DNA from: Lama guanicoe
Lineage: Eukaryota
NCBI GenBank assembly: GCA_013239625.1
Contig: MU054187.1
Coordinates: 12,317,325-12,381,324, forward strand
DNA length: 64,000 nt
Direction of reading: 5' to 3'
Part shown: positions 51,721-61,592 of the stretch, piece after piece
Numbering within the stretch: the first letter of the stretch is position 1
How the letters are laid out: every line of letters begins with the position of its first letter
The notes under the pieces: model-generated
Told to the model about the DNA's origin: nothing
Databases searched by the model: none
The model's input: the letters and a program-made list of their open reading frames with translations, nothing else
Position numbers and translations under genes: made by a program

Positions 51721-51965
51721 GATTAGGAGTTTGGGATTAACAGATACACACTACTGTTTATAAAATAGATAAGCAACAAGGACCTACTGTGTAGCACAGG
51801 GAACTATGTTCAATTTCTTGTAATAACCTGTAATGGAAGAGAAACTGAAAAAATATGTATGTATGTATATATGTTGATATATGACTGAATCACTCTGCTG
51901 TATATCTGAAACTAACATTGTAAACTGACTACACTTCAATAAAAAATAAGAATTTAAAAAAAGAA
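51721..51965 (+). mobile_element. Cetartiodactyl-type L1 3' end
   Basis: ggagtttgggattaacagatacacactact...aacaaggacctactgtgtagcacagggaactat...ctgaatcactctgctg...cttcaataaaaaa. Confidence 0.88.
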
Positions 51966-53127
51966 ATGCTATTATGTCAAATGGGTAAAAATTCATGCAC
52001 TCCTAACACTGAGATTTTTAAGAAGGAATTTCCATATTCTTTATTTAAGAATCAAAAATATGTGAAAGAATTTGCCACCTATGTTCCAAAAATAACCAGA
52101 GGTGATTGCCTAATAAACATACTTATGAAAAAATCTATTTTTAAATATATACACAAGCACATTTAAAATGCATGTTTAAAAATTTGTTATCAAGTTAACT
52201 TCTAAATTCTCCAGAGTTTGGCTCTAGAAATGGCCTAGAAATGACTCAGGTAAAGTATAGGTTCCCCTAGGTTACGCAATTCAATTTTTCAATTTACATT
52301 TTGACAATAACTGAAAGCTTTCCATTATTTAGCATAGTAACAAAAGAATTAGAAATTTCAAGATAAATTAATACGAAATATTCTTACAAATGCTACTGTA
52401 CCACCAAAGGCAAGGAAAGTCATTTCATGTTTGATTCATGAGCTGATTTTATGAGTAGTAATAATCTGCTAGAAAAGACCATCCTCATTTAGACAAGTAC
52501 TTCAATGGGCAGTGATCAGTCAGCAACAACAGGAACTTCCAGAACTCCCTCATGCTCTGCAAGTTAAGCCTTGGAAGATGTGGGATCACATTTCCTGTAG
52601 ACACAGTGGATAGAATAATAGAAAATACTGTGCGTCACATTTTCAACTCTGACAACAGGGCTTCAGACCCAGCAGCTGGAACACTAAAAGCAGTGCCTAC
52701 TGCTCCCCACACACCACACACTCACAGGTGAAAGAGTTCCCTGAAAGCTCTCTCTGCTCCCTGCAAACGACTGAGCAGACAGAAGAATTCCACAAATAGC
52801 AGAGCACAAGTCAGATGACTGAATATATTATCAGCCTCTTTTCGGGACTACAATATCTCGACACTGAGTCCCCTATGCTCCACGGGTTGCAAAAAATCTG
52901 CGAAATATGCATCACACAATCACCACCTAATGGTTAAACGTACTTGAATTAAATATATTTTAAAGAGACAAGAAGCCGTTACCTACACCCGTGTTTCCTC
53001 CTTCCTAAATCCGTACCCGGAGCTCTCTCCATCTATTTTCTACCTTATGTCCTGCAATCAAGTTTCCTTGAGCTTATTTTCTAAGCTTCTTATTGTAAGA
53101 AACAACAGGCAACCTGAATGTCCTTTT

Positions 53128-53311
53128 TTTTTCCCTTTTTATTTTTTTATTGAAGTATAGTCAATTACAATGTGTCAGTTTCTGGTGTACAGCACAATGT
53201 CTCAGTCTTGCATACACATACATATATTCATTTTCAATTTTTTTCCATTAAAGATTATTACAAGATATTGAGCATAGTTCCCTGTGCTGTACAGAAGAAA
53301 CTTTTTTTTTT
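53128..53311 (-). mobile_element. Camelid/cetartiodactyl-type L1 3' end
   Basis: tttttattgaagtatagtcaattacaatgtgtcagtttctggtgtacagc...caagatattgagcatagttccctgtgctgtacag; imperfect TSD AATGTCCTTTT (53117) / AATGTGCTTTT (53312). Confidence 0.85.
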
Positions 53312-53439
53312 AATGTGCTTTTTCAAAATACACTCCTACCCTTTTCCCTCTCCCTAGAGAAGAATTACGTTTGTGTTACCTCAACAAAGCTCTGGGTAGG
53401 ACAGAGTCAGCTTAGCCTACCAGCTAACAAGAACACCAG

Positions 53440-53635
53440 GTAAGAAGGCAGGGCTAAGGGGCGATGCTGGCCTGGGTTCAAACTCCTCTCCGGCACTCTG
53501 GCTGTGTGACCTCTGGCACGCTGCTTGTCAGCTCTGCACCTCCACTTCCTGGAGGGTGAGGAGGAATGACAACGAGCACTGGCAGCGAGAGTGCACAGGA
53601 AAGGCACCAGGTCTTTAGTGAGCACTCAATGAACG
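53440..53635 (+). mobile_element. MIR SINE
   Basis: ctgggttcaaactcc...ggctgtgtgacctctggca...tagtgagcactcaatgaa. Confidence 0.65.
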
Positions 53636-56600
53636 TCACATGTTTTTACTTCATCCATTACGGTCTTATTTTTTCAAAGTTAATAGACAAGAAAGAACCC
53701 TGCAATTTAGTAATTGTTAAACACTGGGCCGATGACTACAAAATCTGCAGGCTCTCTGTAGAACTTAAGTAACGTCTGTCAAGGTACAGGTCTGCCTTGG
53801 GGCAACGGTTTGGGAGATACTGGCCTACATTATTTGCAGGACTGGATGTATTCAAATCTACTCATCCTTTTTATGGACTAAACAACTAGACAGAGCCTTA
53901 TAAAGACCTGCGAACATCTGCTTTATCAGATCCCAACAGGTAGGCACTCTCAGACTCACCAGTCCCTCAGATATTTACGACGTGTCCCCACTCATTGGTC
54001 AAGGTTAATTTTTCTCCCCGAAGTTTTGCTCAGAGGCACAATGACTTGATCCCCTTTAAGCTCCACTCCTTCTGAATAGCGGGGGTAACTTCTCTTTCCT
54101 AGGGTTGTGGCAAGAAGGACAGAATGGAGCACTCCTCGAAAAGCCCCTAACAGACTGGTGGCACTCGGTAGCAGCTGCTGTCACTATTCACATTGTACTG
54201 TTGTCGCTCTCCCAAGACTGACATTTTAGTCAAGAGCATGAGTGAGTGAGTTACATCTAGAAAAACTGACGACCACAGCAGAATACCTGTAAAAGACTAT
54301 GCAAAGGAGTTTCCTGTCCTTTTGAAACCCCCAGTGGTGAGGGCCCAGAACACGTTAGCCTTAAGGCAGCAATAAAGCCCTGGCAATCCAGAGAACCGGG
54401 AGGTCCCTGACCCGCAGCTCTGTCACCTTCCACCAACTAAAGATGCCACCCTGACCACACACAACATGATTTCAGGGGAAATCAAACAAAGTTAATTATA
54501 AATATTCATACCTTCATTAAAGGAAATCTATTCAATCATAAGCTAATCAGGCAATGTGTACATTTAACAACCTTTTTATTATAAACATTATAATCCTATT
54601 TTCAGGGAGAAAAAGAAAACCCAAACCCAAATCAAGGCAGAATTGTCTGATATTATACAATTTAAATTACACACACAAAAAAGAGCAGATCTTTAGTATC
54701 AAAGCAAATTGAAAATTAAGGTGAACATGTCCCTTTCCACCTCCTCCCCACCAAACAAATCATCATCCACTGTGTTTTCCCCCTTCAGTCACAGGATTTG
54801 CAATAGATGGTTTATACTATAAAAGTAAACTGCCAATGCTGGGACACTCAAATACTCATCAAATAAATAACAGAGCAAATGAATGAAATAATGGTTAAAC
54901 AGGCAAGAATGCAAAAACAAGATCTAAAAAGCCCAAAAGGAGAGTTAAGTTGGCCATGGGGAACTCCATTGGGAACTCTTAACAGTTCATAACTGGCTGC
55001 CTAAAAAGCATAAATTCTGCCAGAATCAACATGCTAATAATGTCAATTCCCCATGTATCTCTCAATTGACACCCAAAGTAAAAATTTTTTCTCTCAGAAA
55101 CTTTTAACTATTAATAACTATTTAATTATCGCTCATAATGTCTACCTGTAAGCAGCTCTCCTTACTTCAAAGGTTCTATGTCCAAAAGCTTCCAAAGTAG
55201 CTAAGTCAAATACTGCCATAGGTCTCCTGCTTATTTAATTCTTCTCTGAAAAGTTCAAACTAGGGAACTGACTAAAAATTGTTCTCGAATCAACACGTCC
55301 ACAATTGCATTATGTCATCAGCCACTGGAAGCTAGAAATGTGGTCACTGATGAACATTTCATAGGATAAACATAGAAAAATCTCTGCCCTCAGAACCAAC
55401 ACTATTATGACCTACCTGCAGACCACACAGAATTTTAATTTCAGATACCTTCATAGCACACCTTTAAGATTTCCACTCTTTTTCCATAATCGGTTTTGCC
55501 TCAATTTTACAACAGCCAGGAAAACTACACCAGCTTCTAAAATGTCCACAAAAGTCACATTCTCACCTCTGTTTAGAAATTAGTATTCAGAATCCATAAA
55601 GTATATGTTTTTCTTATACTGCCTGAATTGAGGGTCTGGAACACTAACACTGTATTGTACAGCTTTTTCAAACATTACTTTTAATAGACTTTAAAACGTA
55701 ATATAAAATAATATTCGTTCTGCAGTTTGCAATTCATAAATCCTTCTGTAAGCCTGTAAAAAACAAAAAAGGAAATAAACACAAACGCTAAGAAAATCTT
55801 TTCTGTGAGGAAAAACAAGGCATAGAGGTAAAATTAGGTTGAGATATGAAAGAGTATTTTAAAAACTGAGTTCTGTTCTCCTTAAATGGCTTTCATTATT
55901 AGTATGAAAACTTGGTCCATGATTATTTCATTAGGGGGAAAGATCCTGATTTGCTGCTCAGTTCATGATTTACTGCAATAGAAGACCAACACCTTAAAGC
56001 AACTGACTTACTTTCTCCCTCCTAGTCTCTTTAATTTAAAATTGATAGAGCATATAATAACATAAATTACCAAACAAAACTATAAACACAAAATATAGAA
56101 AAGCAAGTAATTTCTTAAATAGCAGTTTTGCTATAAAAATAGTGAAGTAATTATGCTTTTAAATATAATTTCAATCATGATATAATGGTCAAAATACCAA
56201 ATAAGGACACACTGTGTATTTCAGAAAACAAATCTTCAAGAAAAACTGTTCAGGGATGCTTTTATTACTTTTTTGGTACCCAACATCCTAAGGGCTGCTT
56301 AAAAGAATCCCTTTTAAACCCAATACAACACAATTTTTTTCTAAGAAATTCAAGGTGTCAAGTTATGGGTCACATTTCAACCTGATGTGATTTTAGAGCT
56401 AAGGTACTGAATCCTTAAACACAGGGTCTGTAATGAAAACACTGCTCATAGGTCCTTGCTTCTGAGGTTTGCAAGCTTTAATAAGACATAACTAAAGATA
56501 AAGCCAACCAAGGAGCTCTGCTCCTTTATGCACTCTCACCACAGCCCAAGTCCCCATCTGATCCTTACATTTTAGGTTTCTAGTAAAATGCTCCTCTGAC

Positions 56601-57587
56601 ACTGAGCAAGTCATGTAAATTATATTTAACCAATGAAGGTTTAAAATCAGAAGCTAAACTATCTAAAAAATATTAAATTCATAATTTGTGAGATCTTTTC
56701 TATCCTGTTTCAGTATTCTGACAGCTAAAAGTCAAAGAACTCCTCTGTTAAGACTGAAATTCCCAGGAGGGAAGAAGGCTCAGATCCAGTCTGAGAGCAC
56801 ACAATGGAATCACAGCTGACCATGCACATCTTTTTCTAGATGCCTCCATATGCGTGAGAGGATTTTTTTCCCCCTAGCCAGGCATTAGGGGACTTGCTAC
56901 TCACTGCCACCAAGAATCTGAGAACATTCTCAAGGATTGTTGTAGAGAATGAGTAAAATAATGTGTTGCTCTTGAGCATACAAAAGAGACAGGGCATCAG
57001 TAACTACATTAACTAATGATGGGGGCGGGGGGGCGAGGGGGTTGAATGTCAAATTTTGAATGCTGTTTAATTTATAATACTCCCTAATTCTGGCAGCTGT
57101 TTGTTTTATCTCCACAGTTTTTATCGTTTTATCACCAAAATAACACCTCAAGGGCTATAGCAAAATGCAATTAATTTCTGTCTACAAGAACACTCAAAAT
57201 TACACAAATTACACTAGATTGGGAATTCACATTATGTGTCTGAAAATGGTCTATTACAACAGAACACTTTTGTAGGGTGTGGTAAATACTGTTCCCTAAA
57301 ACTATAGTCCCCATAAACTCAATTCTTTCTTAGTAACCCAATATTATTACAAGCTTGAGAAATCAGTCCACATAAATATTATGCACATAAAATGCCTCAA
57401 AAAAACAAAACAAAACCCTTCCACGATTAGTTAAATTCATGGGACACTTATCACAAAATGAATAGATGCATTCTAAATTTAATATTATTCATTCTTTGAA
57501 CTCCCCAAGATTTTACAAATTCCAGTTGAGAAAAAGGAGCCTTGCTGCTGTCAGTGTGCACTAACCTCACCAACAAAGAACAGGAGC

Positions 57588-57649
57588 ATGCATACATACA
57601 CACACACAAACACACACACACACACACACGCACGCACGCACGCACGCAC
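57588..57649. repeat. (CA)n(CACG)n compound microsatellite
   Basis: Directly visible. Confidence 0.9.
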
Positions 57650-58649
57650 CGTGGCAGCTGCTGTCTTTTTAAAAGACTGCTATTCCTGCGGAGCAACCTG
57701 TGATCTTTACAGAGAGTCAAGACCTATCTTCTCCATTCTTAAAAGTCAAGAGTTGAGGAAGTCATTACCCTGTACCCAAGAAACAGCGTAAAACAACCAA
57801 AGATGCCTCCTGACCTTGCAAAAACCAGAAAAGTACCCCCACACTGTACCATTCAGTAGTGTTTAAGCACATTAAAATAATTTATTTTTAAGAATCTTTT
57901 GTGTGGGAGTAATCTGGCAAACTACATTTTACTCACATGTTTATTTCTGTAGACAAATATTCTTTGACTAGCTTTGCTCCTTAAATACCAACGCTTTAGG
58001 TTTCAAACAGTGATGCTTTGGTTCCTAACTTCATTTTGTTTACTCAAGAAAAGAAAAATACAAAAAAAAATTGCATACCATAAACCACAACTTTTTTTTT
58101 TTAAATGTCATCCCAAATGCCGAACTTTCAAGTGCACTTTGGAAATCAGCGTTCTAATTAAACAAGGAACCAGTGAGACCATTACAAACAATGATGCCTT
58201 TAACTCTCAATAATCAATTGACGTTAGGCTTTCCCGGTGCCTTTATTTTCACAGTACTCTCTCAAATTTCACTGTCCCCACGCTGGAGTAGCTGAGTGAA
58301 ACTGAGGCAGAGGTAAACAGACAACTCCTATGATCCTCAGCACGTAAACCGAGCGCTGAGGTCCAGAACGCGATCACTACAATATATGCCATTTTAGAAA
58401 CGGGGCCTCGTAGAGTTACTGCCACATCGTAAGTGGCTTAGACTTCGTGGTGTCTTAAGACAACGTCTCTGGTGGTACCAGAGAAATACAGTATCTCGTG
58501 CGAACTGCGTGCCTCCCCAGGTCAGAGCCCTTGTAAGTGACACTACCCTACATATCAAGGAGCGGGTGACTAGGGATGGACAAGAGTGAATAGCTCTTGG
58601 CGTCTCCATGACTCCCCCGCCCCGCGTGCAACTCAGCTCTAACTGGTCC

Positions 58650-58740
58650 GGAAGAGGCCCCGCCCCCTTCCTTCCTCCGGTCCCTGCGATTGGCTTACCG
58701 ACACCCGGCAGGTCAGCTCCCCGCCTTCGATTGGCTCACT
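58650..58740. promoter_or_regulatory. GC box plus two CCAAT boxes at the intronic edge of the CpG island
   Basis: GGCCCCGCCCCC at ~58656-58667; GATTGGCT with ATTGG at 58689-58693 and 58730-58734. Confidence 0.55.
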
Positions 58741-60164
58741 GCCCCATCACTCACACGCAGCGAGATTCGGGTCGGTGGGAGGGGAAGGCGTTGGAGGAGG
58801 TGGAGTGGGAGTGGGATTAGAGGACGAGGTGGCGGAGGAGGGTGTGTAGGCTCGGTCCCCGGTTTGGGAAAGTTTCCCCTACCAGTGACAGACCCGGACG
58901 GCGTTAGGCCCGGTCCAGCTCCGGGCTGGTGCAAGGCGCTCGGGTCCCCGATTCCCGCCCCTCGGTCCCGCAGGCCCCGGAAACCACTAGGGGGAGGGGG
59001 AAGAGGGAGGGACCATCTAACCAGGGACCGACCCACCCCCGATCTCGGAAGAGGCGCCTCCGGGACTCCCCGGAGGGGCGGGGGGGCGGGGAGCTTGAGC
59101 GCGCAGCGACGACCCTGGCCCCCTCCCCCTGCAGCCCCCAGAGACCCGAGAGAGAAGTGTACCCCGGCCCGGGGCGTGACCGTCGCGAGCCGGCCGGGAG
59201 GGCCCCTCCCGCTTCCCGCCTGGGGCCCAGAGGGCCTGTCCCTTCAGGGGCGGGGAGAAGGGGGAGAGAAAAGGGGGCGCTGGCGAGCCAACCCGGAACC
59301 TCCCGGACCGCCTCCCGCCCCCAGCCTCGGCCCCTGCGCGCCTCCTGCACACACGCCCGCACCCAGAAAGTTAAGTCAGGGGCGAGCCCGGCTCGGCGCC
59401 GCCGTGGTCCGGCCCCCGGCTCCCCGCCCCCACCGCGGCCCGGCCTGCTCAGCCCGGTCCAGCCGCCGAGCCGCGGATCCCCTCCTCCTGGCGTCTCACC
59501 CTGCCGGCTGCCCCTGACACCGCGCCTCACCTTCACACACCCCCGAGCACTTCCCGAGTCCTGCCTCCCCTCGCCCGGCTCCCACCCTGCGCTGGGTTGC
59601 TTGGCGTTTCCATGAAAGAATGCACCTTCTCGGGCTTCACCTTCCCGTCTCTGCCTCGTGCCCCTCGAGGACGCAGGAGCCACGGTCCGCGCCAACCCCG
59701 CACCCGGCAGGGCGGCGGGCACCTCGCTCCTCGGGCGGGGGCCGCGCCCGCACCCCCGGCCTCCCCGCCGCGCCTCGACTCTCACCTCTTGCCGGCGCCG
59801 CGGGCTGCAGCCTCCGCCCGCCTCGCGCTCCGGGACTCGTCTCCCGAGCTCTCGCAAAGCGCTGGAGCGCCTCCTTTCTCTCCCAGGGACTCCGCGTCTC
59901 CCCGCCCCTCCCCGCCCTCCCCACCCCCCAAACCCCAACTCCCCAGCTTCGCGGCGCCTCCGGGATGCAACTCCCGTTTTCCGCGCACTCGGGCAGCGGT
60001 CCCCGCACACAAAACAGCCCTCTCCGCGGCGCACGGCTCTGCCCGGCTCGGCGCAGGAAGGGCAGTCGGGGCCGGGGGTGGGGACGCGGCGCCCCCCGCC
60101 CGCTGCCCGCCTCCCGCCCGCCCTCGCGGCCCCCAGGGAAGGCGCGGTTACCGGCTCGGGTCGG

Positions 60165-60239
60165 TCACGCCGTCAGGTGCCGGCTGCTGTCGGCGCTGAC
60201 CTTCGCCGCCGAAGCTGTGGCTGAGGCTGCGGCCGCCAT
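60165..60239 (-). CDS. Upstream ORF in the NCOA2 5' UTR, 24 aa MAAAASATASAAKVSADSSRHLTA*
   Basis: ATG at 60239-60237 in strong Kozak context (GGAACATGG: A at -3, G at +4). TGA at 60167-60165, 13 nt before the exon 1 donor. Translation is not demonstrated. Confidence 0.55.
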   Translation of the reverse strand: MAAAASATASAAKVSADSSRHLTA

Positions 60240-60242
60240 GTT
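60233..60242 (+). promoter_or_regulatory. YY1 consensus motif CCGCCATGTT overlapping the uORF start codon
   Basis: Exact match to the CCGCCATNTT consensus, located just downstream of the inferred TSS as is typical for YY1. Confidence 0.6.
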
Positions 60243-60297
60243 CCCGTGTTAATAACTGCTGCCTGGTTGTTTATTTCAATGGAGATCCTCCCCCAAC

Positions 60298-60328
60298 TCC
60301 CTCCTCCTTCTCCTCCTCCTCCTCCTCC
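60298..60328 (-). repeat. Imperfect (GGA)n trinucleotide repeat in exon 1
   Basis: Plus strand tccctcctccttctcctcctcctcctcctcc. Confidence 0.85.
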
Positions 60329-61379
60329 GCGTCTCCGCACTTGCCGAGAGAGACACAGACCGCGCGAGCTCGCGAGCAGGGGAGGGGGCTCCTGAGCCAG
60401 GCCGTCCCTCCCTCCGCCTCCCTGGCCGTGGCCGCAGCCAAGTCCTGTCACTGGGGAAAGGACGGGGCGGAAACTTGCCTCCTGCGCCCCTGGGGAGGGG
60501 GTAAAGGTGGACAGAGGGTTCTCCAGGGAGCAGACCCTGGCCGCGGGGTCCGCAGCATCTCTCGGCTGAGTCCTCTGAGAAGGCGACCCGGGGAGAGGTG
60601 AAGAGTGAGGAGAGAAGGGACAAAATGGGTGACTGTGGAGGGTGACCTATGGGTGACTAGAAGTGAAGGGAGAGTAAACAGATGACTCCATGGGAGAGCA
60701 AAGGGCAGTGCCAAAAAAGAAAGCGAGCGGATGGGACAGGCCGAGGCTGCAGAGTAGAGGCGGTGGGATCTTGAGGCTGCAGACGGCGAGGAAGATGTCC
60801 CCGCGCGAAGATCGGGGAGAGCCAAGTACCAGGTTCGCCCCAGGAGGAGCCTCCCGCGGGCGCTCCGGCCGGACCACTCTGCCAGCAGCCTGCACCCCAG
60901 GGCGCACCTCGCACGCCCCGCGTCTGCTGCTGCGCCCTGGAGGCGCCCGTCGTCCATCCGTTCTCCCTCGGCTCCAAGAGGCTAGGCTTCTCCTGTTGCA
61001 GCCCTGTCTCAGGAGAGGATGGAGGGGCGCGACTGTGCGATGCGAGCTTAGAAGGGGGCCACGGAGCAGCTGCATGATAAAGCAAAAGTGCACACAGTGT
61101 GAAGTCTAACCTGGTTGGGCTTTCTCTTCACGACATGGATCACAAAAGTTTTTTTTCATTGGAAAGTCCACTTTCTAGACATCAGAAAGTAATGTTGGGG
61201 AACACAAGAGAGTTGCCCTGAAAATTCGAGGAGAACCCTCATTTAAATGTTATTTGGATCAGTTTTATGCTTTGGAAAAGCAAATTCTTCCCTACTTAGA
61301 TACAGTTAGAAAAAATGAGCAACATTTAACAAATTTCCTTATTTTTAGTCTTAAAACGAGAAGGGTCACTTGCCATAGA

Positions 61380-61592
61380 CAATAATAGTGTTTACTGAAC
61401 ACTTACTATGTGTGTCTGGCACTGTGCTAAAGTGATCGTAGATTTTGATTCTCAAGCCTTACAAAGTAATTATCTTTTTTTTATCCTTCCCCGAAAAATG
61501 AAGCTTACAGAAGTAATTTGCCTAGGGTCAGACAGCCAGGAAGCTGGAAAGGATTTGAGTCCACTTCTGGCAGACTCCAAAGCCCAAACTTT
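61380..61592 (-). mobile_element. MIR SINE upstream of the promoter
   Basis: tttactgaacacttactatgtg...ggcactgtgcta...tttgcctagggtcagacagccaggaag...ggatttgagtcca...gactccaaagccc. Confidence 0.72.

Larger units (their letters stand above)
1..60151 (-). other. NCOA2: Intron 1 of NCOA2 (partial; continues beyond the left edge of the window)
   Basis: Starts at the GT donor at 60151-60150 (minus strand CCG|GTAACC). The sequence is AT-rich and repeat-laden. I found no match to the recalled NCOA2 exon 2 or the MSGMGENTSDP start in the window or ORF track. Confidence 0.85.
60152..60360 (-). other. NCOA2: NCOA2 exon 1 (5' UTR, no main CDS); TSS approximate
   Basis: The minus strand reads ...GGCGGCCGCAGCCTCAGCCACAGCTTCGGCGGCGAAGGTCAGCGCCGACAGCAGCCGGCACCTGACGGCGTGACCGACCCGAGCCG|GTAACC. 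This is nearly identical to the 5' end of the human TIF2/NCOA2 cDNA as I recall it, and the similarity ends exactly at a GT donor. The exon lies in a CpG island; its 5' boundary cannot be fixed from sequence alone. Confidence 0.88.
58600..61060. promoter_or_regulatory. NCOA2: CpG island / NCOA2 promoter region
   Basis: Abrupt switch from AT-rich, CpG-poor DNA to very GC- and CpG-rich sequence with multiple GC boxes; contains exon 1. Confidence 0.93.

Noticed and set aside
58690..61109. Long overlapping ORFs in the CpG island (e.g. 58904-60034, 376 aa; 58690-59517, 275 aa)
   Set aside because: Low-complexity R/G/P/A-rich translations on both strands and in many frames. They are explained by stop-codon depletion in GC-rich DNA and show no recognisable domain.
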